Below are positions 38,484-49,137 of a stretch of 64,000 nt of DNA, piece by piece. Source of the DNA: Candidatus Eiseniibacteriota bacterium (GTDB lineage: Bacteria; Eisenbacteria; RBG-16-71-46); the NCBI GenBank assembly GCA_044223005.1, contig JBGAML010000004.1, positions 160,001 to 224,000 of the forward strand, given 5' to 3'. The translations under genes were made by a program, and so were the position numbers. Each line of letters begins with the position of its first letter. The stretch's first letter is position 1. The notes beneath the pieces were generated by a model that saw only the letters and a list, made by a program, of their open reading frames with translations, was not told where the DNA came from and ran no database searches.

Positions 38484-39542
38484 TCAGGCCGCGGCGGCGC
38501 GCGCGGCCAGCGCGTGCCGGAGGATGTGGTCGAGCCGGGATTCGTACGTGTAGCCGCCTTCGCGGCAGCGGCGCAGGCCGGCCGCCGCGATCCGCGCGCG
38601 TTCCGCTTCGTGCGCGAGGTACCAGCGCGTCTTCTCCGCGAGTTCGCCGTCGTTGGCGAAGAACTCCGCTTCTTCGCCTTCGCGGAACAGCCGCTGGTGC
38701 TCGTCGGTACGCTCGGCCAACAGGAAGCCGCCGCACGCGGGGATCTCGACGCTGCGCGTCGTGTGCCGGTCGCGATTGACGCGGCGCAGGAAGCCGAGGT
38801 TGATCCGGAACGCGGAGATCGCCTGCGCGTACTCCTCGTCCCAGAGCGGCCGTCCCTCGATGCGCAGGCCATCGCCGCCCTTCGCGCGAGGCCACGGTCC
38901 CCAGATGCGGATCTCGACGCCGCTGCGGGCGAGCGCGCGCATCGATCGTTCGCGGGCCGCTTCCGGCCAGCCGATGAAGCCGACGTCACCCCCCAGCCGC
39001 GCGCGCAGTTCCGGCGTCACCTCGTACGGGTGGTGGACCTCGGTGCTGTAGCCCTTCTCGATGAACAGCACGTCGCGCGCCCCCGCGGCGCGCAGCTCGG
39101 GCACGTTGAACGACTTGGTCGTCGCGCACAGGTCGTAGCGCGGCAGGTTGGCGCGCCACGCGGAGGTCTGGTTGCGCGGGTTGAACATGTCGTCGCCCGA
39201 GTAGTTCACGAACAGCGCGTGTGGCCAGCGCTCGCGCAGGGCGTCGAGCGTCGCGGGCGCGACGGTGAGGCCCTTGTCCACCCACAGCACGTCGGGCGCG
39301 GGGGACTCGGGCAGCGCCAGCAGGCGCGCGTTGAAGCCCGTGTCGTCGCGCTCGCCGAGCAGGCGGTTCTTCACCCGCCACGCGAGCGTGAGCCGGCGCG
39401 CGGCGTGTTCGCCGGGCACGAGGTCCACGGCGATCACGCGGTGCCCGAGCGCCTCGAGCGCGAGTGCCCGCTGGCGGCAGGTCGAGCCGCGGTTCATGGG
39501 GCCGGCGTAGACGATCGACAGCGACGGCGTGGACGCGTTCAT
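38484..39542 (-). CDS. CgeB-like (GT-B) glycosyltransferase
   Basis: DVGFIG, INLGFL...RSVEIPACGGFLL and F.EGEE. Confidence 0.85.
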   Translation of the reverse strand: MNASTPSLSIVYAGPMNRGSTCRQRALALEALGHRVIAVDLVPGEHAARRLTLAWRVKNRLLGERDDTGFNARLLALPESPAPDVLWVDKGLTVAPATLDALRERWPHALFVNYSGDDMFNPRNQTSAWRANLPRYDLCATTKSFNVPELRAAGARDVLFIEKGYSTEVHHPYEVTPELRARLGGDVGFIGWPEAARERSMRALARSGVEIRIWGPWPRAKGGDGLRIEGRPLWDEEYAQAISAFRINLGFLRRVNRDRHTTRSVEIPACGGFLLAERTDEHQRLFREGEEAEFFANDGELAEKTRWYLAHEAERARIAAAGLRRCREGGYTYESRLDHILRHALAARAAAA

Positions 39543-40987
39543 GCGGCCTCCGTCCGGCGCGCGCGCCGGGTGCGGGCGGTGATCCAGGCCACGGCGAGCA
39601 GTGCGGGAAGCAGGTCGGTGAGCCAGCTTTCGAGCTGCGAGGCGATGCAGCCTTCCGCGAGGTGCACGGCGGTGATGAGCCCGTAGCCGTGCAGCAGCAC
39701 GCCGCCGGGGCCGCCGCGCGCGAGCACGCGCGAGGCACGCATGGCCGCGCCGAGCAGCCAGCTGCCCGCGAGTACCCCGACCACGTGGAAGTTCAGGTAG
39801 AGCTCGCCCGGCAGCGACGTCGTGACGTACGTCATCGCGCCCCAGTGCATGTCGGGCATGTACGCCGCGGGGAACTGCAGCCCGAAGCTGTCGGGCTTGC
39901 CCGGCCAGAGCAGGCGCGGCACCCAGAACGTCCCCAGGTCGAGCAGGCTCGCGCCCCACCGGAAGGGCAGCGTCGTGCCGGTGCGGTGGAGCACGAGCAT
40001 GAGGCTGTCGGCGCCGTAGGCGCGGTTGAACATGCGCAGGATCGGCGGCGAATCCGCGTTCTGGAGGTAGAGCCCCACCGCGTCGAGGTTCGAGATGCCC
40101 AGCGCGCGATACGCATAGAAGAGCGGGAACAGCGCCGAGAACGCGGCCAGCGCCACGATCACGCGCCACATCGGGATGCGCTTCGCCAGCAGGTGCCGGT
40201 ACACCCACGGCAGCAGCAGCGTGCGCAGCAGGATCGACTTGGAGCTGCTCACGAGGTAGAGCGGCACCGAGAGCCCGAGCGAGAGCACCAGCCAGTGCAG
40301 CGCGAAGTGCCGATCGCCGCGCAGCAGCAGCCGCACGAGATGCACGTGCAGCGCGACGACGGCGAACTCGGTGAGCGCGATCTGCCACCAGTGGCCGAGC
40401 GCCTCGTCGGTGCCCGCGGCCATCGGGTTCGCCGCGGCGCGCATGAAGCCGCCGAGATCGTGCACGCGCAGCACCGCGCCGAGCACGCCGAGCGCCGCCA
40501 GCACCAGCACCGCGCGCGAGGTGGCGCCGTCGCGCCACGGCGCGGCCAGCGCGGGCATGCGGCGCGCGAGGGCCGCGGCCCAGCGCCCGCCCACGGGGCC
40601 GTCGTGGCCTTCCTGCACCGCGAAGAGCCCGAGCCCGGCGACCAGCTGGCTCCAGCCGGCGAGGTCGCGCACGTGCGCGCTGCGGCCGTCGCCGAGCTCG
40701 CGCAGGTACGGACTGTCGACCCACGCGACGACGCCGACTGCGCGCACGAGCAGCGAGAGCACGTAGTAGAGCGTGAAGAGCTGCAGCGCGTCCGCGGCGT
40801 CGAACCGGCGGCCGGCGAACGACCGCGCCGCGATCGCGGCGAAGCCCAGCGTCGTCCACGCCAGGAACGCCGTCGCGGACCACTCGTGCAGCAGCAGCGC
40901 CACGCCGGCGCCCGCGAGCACGGCGAGCCGCACCGCCGTGCGCCGGGAGGGCGGCGCGGCGACGGCCGGGAGCGCGAGCGTGCTCAT
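39539..40987 (-). CDS. wzy: Wzy-like polysaccharide polymerase
   Basis: About 10-11 TM helices, a large late periplasmic loop and PGELYLNF; context within the locus. Confidence 0.75.
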   Translation of the reverse strand: MSTLALPAVAAPPSRRTAVRLAVLAGAGVALLLHEWSATAFLAWTTLGFAAIAARSFAGRRFDAADALQLFTLYYVLSLLVRAVGVVAWVDSPYLRELGDGRSAHVRDLAGWSQLVAGLGLFAVQEGHDGPVGGRWAAALARRMPALAAPWRDGATSRAVLVLAALGVLGAVLRVHDLGGFMRAAANPMAAGTDEALGHWWQIALTEFAVVALHVHLVRLLLRGDRHFALHWLVLSLGLSVPLYLVSSSKSILLRTLLLPWVYRHLLAKRIPMWRVIVALAAFSALFPLFYAYRALGISNLDAVGLYLQNADSPPILRMFNRAYGADSLMLVLHRTGTTLPFRWGASLLDLGTFWVPRLLWPGKPDSFGLQFPAAYMPDMHWGAMTYVTTSLPGELYLNFHVVGVLAGSWLLGAAMRASRVLARGGPGGVLLHGYGLITAVHLAEGCIASQLESWLTDLLPALLAVAWITARTRRARRTEAA

Positions 40988-42063
40988 GCCGCCCTCGCGT
41001 CGCTCGCCACCGGGGCGTCGACGGCCGCGGGGGCCGGCGCGGGCGTGCGGTCGAACAGCGCGGCGAGGAAGCCCGCGCCGTACGCGGCGTGCATCACCGG
41101 CAGGACCGCCGGCAGCAGCAGGGCGGCGGCGTCGTGCGTGCGCGCCACGGTGGCCGCGGTCGCGAGCGCGAGGTAGGCCGCGTAGGCGGCCGGGACCGCG
41201 GCCGCGAGCGCGGCGACGCCGGTGACTGCGGCCGCGAGTGCGCCCGCGGGCAGCGCGAGCAGGAACGCCGCCGGCACGACGTGGCGCGGCGACGATGGCC
41301 AGCCGCCGCGGCGGCGGATCACGCGCACCTTCCAGAAGCCGTAGCCGAAGTACTGCCGCGCGAGCGCCGCGAGGGTGGTGCGACTCCAGTACGTGACCTC
41401 CTGCTCGGGCAGCAGGCGGATCCGGCCGCCCGCGCGCCGCAACCGGTCACTCAGCTCGTCGTCCTGGTTGCGCACGAGCGCGGCGTCGAAGCCGCCCAGC
41501 CACGCGAACACCTCGCGGCGCCAGGCGCCGAACGGGAGGTGGTCCACCTCGCGGGCGTCGCTCGCCCAGCGGAAGCTCGCGCCGCCGACGCCGAACGGCG
41601 TGCTCATGGCGATCGCGATCGCGCGTGCGAGCGGCGCGTCCCCCCGCGCACGCACGGGCCCGCCGGCGCACTCGGCCACGCCGGCGCGCAGCGCCTCGAC
41701 GCCCGCGCGCACGTAGCCCGGTGGCAGCGCGCAGTGGCCGTCGGCGCGCACGATCACGTCGCCGGTCGCGGCCGCGAGCGCGAGGTTGAGCCCCGGCGCC
41801 ACCGTGCGCTCGGGATTGTCGAGCACGCGCACGCGCGCGTCCGCGGCCGCGGCGCGCAGCAGCCGCTCGCGCGTGTCGTCGCTCGAGCGGCCGTCGGCGA
41901 CCAGGATCTCGAGCGACCCGGCCGGCCAGTCCTGCGCGCGCACGGCGGCGAGCGCACGGTCCACGTGCGCGGATTCGTTCCGCACGGCCATGATCACGCT
42001 GACGCGCGGCACCGCGGGCAGCGGCGGCAGCGCGGCGTGGCGTTCGCGCAGCGACGCCGTCAC
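40984..42063 (-). CDS. GT2 glycosyltransferase (ExoA-like)
   Basis: VSVIMAVRNE, ADGRSSDDT, RADGH, RNQDDEL and QYFGYG. Confidence 0.88.
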   Translation of the reverse strand: MTASLRERHAALPPLPAVPRVSVIMAVRNESAHVDRALAAVRAQDWPAGSLEILVADGRSSDDTRERLLRAAAADARVRVLDNPERTVAPGLNLALAAATGDVIVRADGHCALPPGYVRAGVEALRAGVAECAGGPVRARGDAPLARAIAIAMSTPFGVGGASFRWASDAREVDHLPFGAWRREVFAWLGGFDAALVRNQDDELSDRLRRAGGRIRLLPEQEVTYWSRTTLAALARQYFGYGFWKVRVIRRRGGWPSSPRHVVPAAFLLALPAGALAAAVTGVAALAAAVPAAYAAYLALATAATVARTHDAAALLLPAVLPVMHAAYGAGFLAALFDRTPAPAPAAVDAPVASDARAA

Positions 42064-43571
42064 GCCGCACCCCGCAGCATCGCGCGGCCGGGCAGCATGC
42101 CCGTCGCCCACGCGATCGCGAGATAGGCGACCGTGGCGACGCCGATCGCAGGCAGCGCCGGCACGTGCAGCGCCCGCGCGCCCAGCCACCCCGCGAGAAG
42201 CGCGACGTTGAGCGCGATCGGGCCGCCGATCCGGGCGCCCAGGTCGCGCCACGGCAGGTCGTGCCGCGAACTCCACACGTAGAGCGCGGCGCTGATCGCG
42301 TACGTCGCGACCATCGACGCCGCGGCACCCGCCGCGCCCCACGCCGGTACGAGGAACGACCCCAGCACCAGCTGCGCCGCGAGCGCGACGGTGTTGACCC
42401 ACGCGCGGGCGCGCTCGGCGCCGATCGCGAGCGCGGTCTGCTCGAGCAGCGCCGTCACGGCGAAGAGCGGCACCGCGAACGCCGAGATGCGCAGCGCCGT
42501 CGCCGCCACGCCGTAACGCTCGCCGAACGCCAGCGCCAGCAGCTCGCGCGGCCAGAGCGCGAAGGCGATCGCGATCGGCAGCCCCAGCGCGAGCACGGCC
42601 GAGCCCACGGTCGCGAGCGCGTCGCGGAACGCGCGCCCGCCGCTGCGCGCGTGCACGAGCACCGGCAGGAGCGGCCACCACAGCACGGAGAACGCGTTGA
42701 TCACGAGCAGCAGCCAGCGCGAGCTCGCGCCGAAGATGCCGGCTTCGGTGGGCGAAGCGATCGCGCCCACCATGAGCATCGGCGCCTGGGCGCAGCCGAT
42801 GCCCGCGATCGAGCCGATCGCGAACACGATCGAGCGTCGCGCGTGCTGCCCGATCGCGGCGTCCGCGCCGTCCCACGCGATCGCACGCGCGCGCGCGATG
42901 CGCGCGAGTCCCACCGCGGCCGCCACGGCGAACGAGCCCGCCCACACGGCGGCGGCCGTCCCCGGGCCCGGCCAGCGCCCGAGCACGAACACCGCGCCGA
43001 GTACGGTCGCGAGTGCCGCCGCGGCGTTCGCGGCCGCGAGCCCGCGGAAGTCCTCGCGCGCACGCAGCGCCCAGTCCGGGAACGCGGCGTAGGCGAGGAA
43101 GAAGAGCGATGCGCCCGCGAGCGCGGCGCGCAGGTCCGGCGCCAGAGGCGCGACGAGCAGCACGATCGCCATACCCGCGGTGAGCGCCCCCGCGCCTGCG
43201 AGGCGCATGCGGAGCAGGTGGCCCTTCAGGCGCCGGGCGCGGTGCGGATCGTTGGCGCGCACGCGCACCACTTCGCGCGTCGCGTAGCCGGAGTTGGCCG
43301 CGGCGTCGGCGGCGAGCCAGACGTACTGCACCAGCGCGAGCGCGTACGAGAAGCGGCCGAAGCCCGCGACGGTGAGCGTGCGCGCGCACGCGAGCGCCAG
43401 TCCGAGCGACGCCCCGCGGGCCGCCAGCTCGGAGACGACGTTCCACGCGAGGTTGCCCGCGAGCCGGCGCGCCCACGGCGTCGCCGCCATGGCCGGCGCG
43501 TTCGCCGGCGGCTCCGCGGCCGCCGGAGCGTCCGCGTCCGGGTCCACGCGCCGGGCCGTCGCCGGGGTCAC
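42060..43571 (-). CDS. wzx: Wzx-like oligosaccharide flippase
   Basis: Multi-TM MOP pattern (AR.L....FG.FSYA; LVPAWGAAGAAAS). Confidence 0.85.
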   Translation of the reverse strand: MTPATARRVDPDADAPAAAEPPANAPAMAATPWARRLAGNLAWNVVSELAARGASLGLALACARTLTVAGFGRFSYALALVQYVWLAADAAANSGYATREVVRVRANDPHRARRLKGHLLRMRLAGAGALTAGMAIVLLVAPLAPDLRAALAGASLFFLAYAAFPDWALRAREDFRGLAAANAAAALATVLGAVFVLGRWPGPGTAAAVWAGSFAVAAAVGLARIARARAIAWDGADAAIGQHARRSIVFAIGSIAGIGCAQAPMLMVGAIASPTEAGIFGASSRWLLLVINAFSVLWWPLLPVLVHARSGGRAFRDALATVGSAVLALGLPIAIAFALWPRELLALAFGERYGVAATALRISAFAVPLFAVTALLEQTALAIGAERARAWVNTVALAAQLVLGSFLVPAWGAAGAAASMVATYAISAALYVWSSRHDLPWRDLGARIGGPIALNVALLAGWLGARALHVPALPAIGVATVAYLAIAWATGMLPGRAMLRGAA

Positions 43572-44572
43572 GCGGCCTCCGCCTGCGGCGCCTCTTCGCG
43601 CGTACGCTCGCGGCGCGGCCACGCGCGCACGCAGCCCGCGGCGAAGCCGAGCAGCAGCCCGGCCGCGGCCATGAGGCTGCGCCGCGGCGACGAGCGGAAC
43701 GCCGGTGGCTGCGCCGCGTCGAGCACGTTGATCACCGGGACGTCGCGGTTCTCGTCCACGCGCGCCATCTCGCGCTCGCGCGTCAGCGCGATCACGACTT
43801 CCTCGCGCGTGCGGACCTCGCGTGCGAGGCGAGCCTGCTCCAGCACGAGCCGCGGGGCGCCCTCCGGGTGCCGGTTGGCGTCGCGGAAGCCCTCGAGGGC
43901 GCCCTCGGCGCGCGCGAGCTCGCCACGGGCGACCTCCAGCCGCTCCTCGACGAACTTGCGGTTGGCGCCCGCCTGCGTCATGAGCGCGTGCATCACGATG
44001 TCCTGGAGCGACGCCGCAGCGCGGTTCGCCACCGCCGCGGCCAGCACCGGGTCGCGATCGCTCACGCCCAGCCGCAGCAGGTTCGTGCGCCGGTCGAGCG
44101 CGATGTCGAAGCGCGCGCGCAGTTCGCGCAGCGCCCGTTCCGTGCGCTGCGGCGACGGCGTGCCGCGCACGAGGTACTCCTCCAGCGCGACGCGGTCGCC
44201 GCGCTCGCGCGGGAAGCGCTCCGCGAGCAGGCCCGCGAGCAGGCGGCGGCTGCGCAGGATGTCGGGGTAGGTGAGGGCGTTGCTGCCTGCGCCGGACGAA
44301 ATGCCCAGCGCCTGCGCCGAGAGCCCGAGCTGCTCGAGCGTCGAGCTGCCGTCGTGCTTCGGGGCCTCGAGCAGCGTGACGCCGGCGACGTACACCGGCG
44401 GCAGCACGAACGCGAGCGCGATCATCAGCGCGGCGCCGGCGGCCGCCCACAGCGCGAGCGAACGCCAGCGGGCGCGCAGCATCGCCACGAGCGGGGCGAC
44501 GTCGAAACCCGCCGCCGGCTCGGGTTCGAGCGACCAGGGAGAAGGCTCGGGTGCGTCGGGACGCGTGCTCAT
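43568..44572 (-). CDS. Wzz/GNVR-type polysaccharide co-polymerase (no kinase domain)
   Basis: N-terminal TM, coiled coil, INVLDAAQPP..SSPRR and C-terminal TM. Confidence 0.8.
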   Translation of the reverse strand: MSTRPDAPEPSPWSLEPEPAAGFDVAPLVAMLRARWRSLALWAAAGAALMIALAFVLPPVYVAGVTLLEAPKHDGSSTLEQLGLSAQALGISSGAGSNALTYPDILRSRRLLAGLLAERFPRERGDRVALEEYLVRGTPSPQRTERALRELRARFDIALDRRTNLLRLGVSDRDPVLAAAVANRAAASLQDIVMHALMTQAGANRKFVEERLEVARGELARAEGALEGFRDANRHPEGAPRLVLEQARLAREVRTREEVVIALTREREMARVDENRDVPVINVLDAAQPPAFRSSPRRSLMAAAGLLLGFAAGCVRAWPRRERTREEAPQAEAA

Positions 44573-46959
44573 TTGCCGGTCTGCCTCACGAGGTACACGG
44601 TGGTGGCCATGCTGGCGAGGACGCTCATCAGCGTCGCGAAGTCCTTCAGGTGGTCGTGCGGCTCGGTCATCTCGCGCGCCGGCACCACGACGCGGCTGCC
44701 GGGCTCGGGAGTGCCGCGGCGCTTCACGCGTCCGTTCGGCGCGACGACCATCACGTTGTGGCGGTCCGCGTCGGGCCGGTAGCCGTTGGCCTGAGTGATG
44801 TAGAAGCCCAGGCTCGCGCCCTCCTGCCAGAGCGCCGTCACCGGCGAGAACACGGCGCCCTCGATCTGCACCGTCGGCGTGTAGCGCGGCACGGTGAGCA
44901 CGTCGCCGGCCTGCACCACGAGGTTCGCGTCGTCGTGCCCGCGCCGGAGCGCGCGCGGCAGGTCGACCGCCAGCGACGCACGGCCCTGCCGCGTGAACGT
45001 CGCGCCCCGCGGGTAAGCGAACTCGGTCAGCCCGCCCGCGCGGCGCACGAGGTCGCTCACCCGCTCGTCCCGGCGCAGCAGCGCGTACGTGCCGGGGAAG
45101 CGCACCTCGCCCGCCACGGTGACGAAGGTCGGCTCGGAGTAGTCGGGGTCGCGGCGGATGAACACCGCATCGTGCGGCTGCAGCGCCGTCGCGCGCGCGG
45201 CGGTCGCGCGCGCGAGGTCGCGATCGAGCGCCACCTCGAGCGTCTCGGCCAGCACGATGTTCGCGGCCGCACCGCGGGCGCCGCCCACGCGCGCGATCTC
45301 GGCGCGCTGCGGGTCGGCGTCGTCGGTGAACCCGCCCGCCTTCACCAGCAGGTCGGCGAGCGTCATGCCTTCGAGCAGCTCGTAGGTGCCCGGGGCGCGC
45401 ACGTTGCCGTGGATCGAGACGGCCTGGCGTTCCTTGAGGTCCCACTCCGAGCGGATCGTGACCACGTCGAGCGCGCGCAGCGGCAGGTCGTCGCCCGGGT
45501 CACCGCGCAGCGCGCCCGCCGGCGCGAAGCGCAGCGCGAGGCGCGTGCTGTCCGGGAGCGTGCGCGCGACGAGCGCGTGACCCGTGTAGGCGTCCGGCGT
45601 GAGCCCGCCCGCGGCCGCGATCAGGTCCGACGCCCGCATGCCGGGTCGGAACTCGTAGCGGCCGGGGCGCGCGATGCCGCGCCCGGAGATCTCGACCACG
45701 TTGCCGCGCCGGTCCGGGAGCCCGAAGAGCGTGAGGCGGTCGTCGTCCTGCATCTCGACGTCGTGCGTGGAATCGGCCAGCACCTCGCGCAGCGGCACGT
45801 CGATCGCCACGCGGCCCTGGCCCGGCAGGCTGTCGCGCCACGCCGGCGGCGTCACGCGGTCCACCTGTGCACGTGCGAGCTCGGCCTCGGGCAACGGACC
45901 GCCCGCGAGCTCGATGAGCCGCCGCAGCTGTTCGCCCGTGCGCAGCTCGTAGAGCCCCGGCCGGCGCACCGGCCCGCGCACGTCGACGCGCCGCGCGGCC
46001 GGCGGTACGAACACCACGTCGCCGTTCTGCAGCCGCGCCACCTTCGCCGGATCGCCGCCGAGGATCACGTCGTAGAGGTCCACGCGCGCGACCACGCGGC
46101 CGCCGCGCATCACGCGCACGTCCCGCAGCGAGCCGTCGCGCGACGGACCGCCCGCCGCGTAGAGCGCGTTCAGCACGCGCGACACGGAGCTGATCGTGTA
46201 AGCGCCCGGGCGCGAGACCTGGCCGAGCAGGAACACCTGGATCGTGCGCAGCCGGCCGAGCGACAGGCTCACGAACGTGCTCGGGTGCTGGTCGGCCGGG
46301 CGCAGGCCCGAGTAGACGCGCGCCAGCGCCGCGCGCACGCGCCCGCGCGCTTCCTCGAGCGTCATGCCCTGCACGCTCACCTGGCCCACGTCCGGGAGCG
46401 TGATCACGCCTTCGCGGCTCACGGGCAGCGTGAGCGCGAGCTGGTCGTCGCCCCACAGCGTCAGTGCGAGCTCGTCGCCGGGGCCGAGCGGGTAGTCGGG
46501 ATCGACCGGGCCGTACGCGAGCGGTTCGAACGTGCTCGGCGCCCAGTGGAAGATGTCGAAGCCGAACGGTTCGGCCGTGCCGTCACCCGCGCGGCCCGTC
46601 GCCGCGGTGTCGTTCGCGGCCGCGGGCTGCGGCACCGGGACGAGCGCCGGCGGCTTCGGCGTCTCGGCGGGGGCCGGCGCCGGCGCGCCGCCGGTCGTGC
46701 GCGTGGCCGCCGGTGCGGCGCGCCGCGTGCCCATGCCCAGCGCGTCGAGCGCCGCGTCGATCGAGGCGTCGGACTGGCCCGCGTCGTGCAGCCGCCGGCG
46801 CAGGTCGTCGGGCGTCACGCCACCGCCCTCGAGCAGCGCGCGCAGCTCCGTGCCGCTGCCTCGGGACGCCGGGACGTCGGCGGCGCGTGCGCACACCGGG
46901 AGCAGCGACGTGGCGAGCAGCAAGCTCGCGTGCAGCGGAACGCAGCGCATTCGGCGCAT
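44569..46959 (-). CDS. Polysaccharide export OPX protein with multiple SLBB domains (Wza/KpsD-like)
   Basis: YPLGPGDEL..WG and G.ITLPDVG Poly_export motif; repeated V.G.V..PG.Y SLBB units. Confidence 0.9.
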   Translation of the reverse strand: MRRMRCVPLHASLLLATSLLPVCARAADVPASRGSGTELRALLEGGGVTPDDLRRRLHDAGQSDASIDAALDALGMGTRRAAPAATRTTGGAPAPAPAETPKPPALVPVPQPAAANDTAATGRAGDGTAEPFGFDIFHWAPSTFEPLAYGPVDPDYPLGPGDELALTLWGDDQLALTLPVSREGVITLPDVGQVSVQGMTLEEARGRVRAALARVYSGLRPADQHPSTFVSLSLGRLRTIQVFLLGQVSRPGAYTISSVSRVLNALYAAGGPSRDGSLRDVRVMRGGRVVARVDLYDVILGGDPAKVARLQNGDVVFVPPAARRVDVRGPVRRPGLYELRTGEQLRRLIELAGGPLPEAELARAQVDRVTPPAWRDSLPGQGRVAIDVPLREVLADSTHDVEMQDDDRLTLFGLPDRRGNVVEISGRGIARPGRYEFRPGMRASDLIAAAGGLTPDAYTGHALVARTLPDSTRLALRFAPAGALRGDPGDDLPLRALDVVTIRSEWDLKERQAVSIHGNVRAPGTYELLEGMTLADLLVKAGGFTDDADPQRAEIARVGGARGAAANIVLAETLEVALDRDLARATAARATALQPHDAVFIRRDPDYSEPTFVTVAGEVRFPGTYALLRRDERVSDLVRRAGGLTEFAYPRGATFTRQGRASLAVDLPRALRRGHDDANLVVQAGDVLTVPRYTPTVQIEGAVFSPVTALWQEGASLGFYITQANGYRPDADRHNVMVVAPNGRVKRRGTPEPGSRVVVPAREMTEPHDHLKDFATLMSVLASMATTVYLVRQTGK

Positions 46960-47450
46960 CGATCCAACCCCTCGGAGGCCGCCCGCGCGTGCGGGAGGCC
47001 GCTGGCTCCGCGCGTATCGAGCGCGCGGCGGCACGCGCCTTCGGGGCGCGGGCCTTCGGTCCACCGACCGTGCCGGGAGTCGTGCGTTCCGTGAGTGGCG
47101 CGCCGTCCGAGGGTGCGGATGCGCTGCCGGAACGTGCGGGCCCGGGCAGGTCGAACGCTTCTGCGATTCGCCGCGGGCGAGGGGAGAGGGCGGATCGCCG
47201 GCGGAACCGGCGCCGCGTCGCACCCCTCGTCGCGACGATATGGCTATCGGAAAAGGCGATGGCGGGCTTGAGTGCAAAATGCGATACGGCCGTCGCGATC
47301 GGGCAATCCGCCCCATCTGCGCGTCCGGAGCGCGATTGGCCGGGAGCACCCCGAGCCGGTAGCTTCCCGCCGGGCGCCGCGGCCGTGCGGCGCCCGCCGG
47401 AACCGCGCCCGAGCGCGGCCGGCACCTCGCGGCCGGCCCGGGGAGGACGC

Positions 47451-48749
47451 GTGCATCGCACGCAGACCAGCACGCTCGCCTTCGCGCTCGCCGCGGCCCT
47501 CGTCACGATCCTCTCGGCCACGCTCGCCTACGAGGGGCTGCGCGCGGCGTTCGAGCAGGACTTCGAGACGCGGCTCGCCAAGGTCGCCGACATCGCCGCC
47601 TCGCAGGTGAGCCCCGCCGACATCGCGGACGTGCGGCGGCTGGGCGCCGAGAGCGGTGGATTCTTCGCGCTGCAGGCGCAGCTCGACATCCTGTGCTCGG
47701 TGACGGGTTTCGAGAACCTCGCGCTCGTCGACTCCGCGCGCACCACGCTCTACGACGTCTCGCTCGGCGAGCAGGGCCTGCTCGATCGCTCGCCCTACGA
47801 CTCGCTCGCCCACGCGTCGCTCGTCGCCGCCTTCCGCGGGCGCGCGACCGGCACCGCCATCCACCGCGCGGGAGGCGACTCGCGCGCCGCGTTCGTGCCC
47901 GTGCGCGCGTCGCAGGGCGTGATCGCCGTGCTCGTCGCCGAGGACCGGCCGACGTGGCGGCCCGCGCTCGCGAGCCTCGGGCGGCGACTCGCTTGGGTGG
48001 CGCTCGTCAGCGTGGTCGCGATCGCCGTGCTCGCCGGCATCCTGCTGCGCGCGCTCGGGCGCCAGCTCACGCTCGAGCGGCGGCTCTCGCGGGCGGAGAA
48101 CCTCGCGGCCATGGGTCGCATGACGGCGACGCTCGCGCACGAGATCAAGAACCCACTGGCCATCATCCGCGGCTCCGCCAAGCGTCTCGGACGGCTGGAA
48201 CCCGAAGCGCAGCGCATGGCCGATTCGGTGGTCGAGGAGGTCGACCGTCTCGGCCGCACGGTGACCCGCTACCTGCAGTTCGCGCGCGGCGAGGCCAGCG
48301 AGCGCGGCACGGGCGATCTCGCGGCCGCGATGACCGCGACGCTCGACCTGCTCGAAGGCGAGTTCCAGGCGCGGCGCTGCACGCTCGCGCGCGAGGGGCT
48401 CGCGGCGCCGATCGCGGTCACGCTCGACGCCGAGTCGCTGCGGCAGGTCGGCCTCAACCTGGTGCTCAACGCGCTGGAGGTGCTCCCCGAAGGAGGCTCG
48501 GTGCGTGTCTCCGTGACGGCCGCCGGGGGGCGCGCGACCCTGCTCGTGCGCGACGACGGGCCGGGTGTGCCGGCCGAGGTGCTGGCCCGCGTGGGCGAAC
48601 CGTTCGTCACCAGCAAGGCCCAGGGCACCGGGCTCGGCCTGTTCCTCGCGCGCCGGCTCGTCGAAGGCGCCGGCGGCTCGCTCCGGCTCGAGAGCCCGCC
48701 CGGGCAGGGCACGACGGTGACCGTCGTGCTCCCGCTCGCCCGGGGTTGA
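47451..48749 (+). CDS. Membrane sensor histidine kinase
   Basis: Two TM helices, LAHEIKNPL, NLVLNA, DDGPG and GTGLGL; GTG start after GGAGG. Confidence 0.9.
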   Translation: MHRTQTSTLAFALAAALVTILSATLAYEGLRAAFEQDFETRLAKVADIAASQVSPADIADVRRLGAESGGFFALQAQLDILCSVTGFENLALVDSARTTLYDVSLGEQGLLDRSPYDSLAHASLVAAFRGRATGTAIHRAGGDSRAAFVPVRASQGVIAVLVAEDRPTWRPALASLGRRLAWVALVSVVAIAVLAGILLRALGRQLTLERRLSRAENLAAMGRMTATLAHEIKNPLAIIRGSAKRLGRLEPEAQRMADSVVEEVDRLGRTVTRYLQFARGEASERGTGDLAAAMTATLDLLEGEFQARRCTLAREGLAAPIAVTLDAESLRQVGLNLVLNALEVLPEGGSVRVSVTAAGGRATLLVRDDGPGVPAEVLARVGEPFVTSKAQGTGLGLFLARRLVEGAGGSLRLESPPGQGTTVTVVLPLARG

Positions 48750-48830
48750 ATCGCGCGGGTCTCTGGGCGATAACTGTGCAAGGCGCGCCGCGACCGCGGC
48801 CCGCCCGATCTCGCGCCGGGAGAACCCATC

Positions 48831-49121
48831 GTGAAGCTCCGCCTGCTCGCCCTCGCCCTGCTCGGCCTGCTGCTCCTTCCCGCGGCCGGCTGCTCGAAGC
48901 GTTACCGGATCGAGATCCAGTCGGACGTCTGCTGGTACGGCACCGTCAACGACAACCAGGGCATCTCGGGCTGCGGCAACGCCACCTACAAGGTGGTGGG
49001 CCGCCTCGGCTGCGTGCGCATCCAGAAGTCCGGCGGCACCGGCTACGTGCGCATCCGCATCGACGACGGCGAGTGGGTGGACTCGTCCGACATCAACGGC
49101 CTCGTCCAGGTCTGCCAGTGA
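48831..49121 (+). CDS. Small Cys-containing lipoprotein
   Basis: Lipobox AAGC, four further Cys, GGAG RBS, typical codon bias. Confidence 0.8.
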   Translation: MKLRLLALALLGLLLLPAAGCSKRYRIEIQSDVCWYGTVNDNQGISGCGNATYKVVGRLGCVRIQKSGGTGYVRIRIDDGEWVDSSDINGLVQVCQ

Positions 49122-49137
49122 ACCGGAGGCCGGCCGC

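Noticed and set aside
46960..47450. ops/JUMPstart element or promoter upstream of the polysaccharide operon
   Set aside because: No GGCGGTAG-type ops match or convincing promoter was found by eye.
48765..48780. GG-N10-GC upstream of the small lipoprotein
   Set aside because: Poor match to TGGCAC/TTGC outside the invariant dinucleotides; likely chance.
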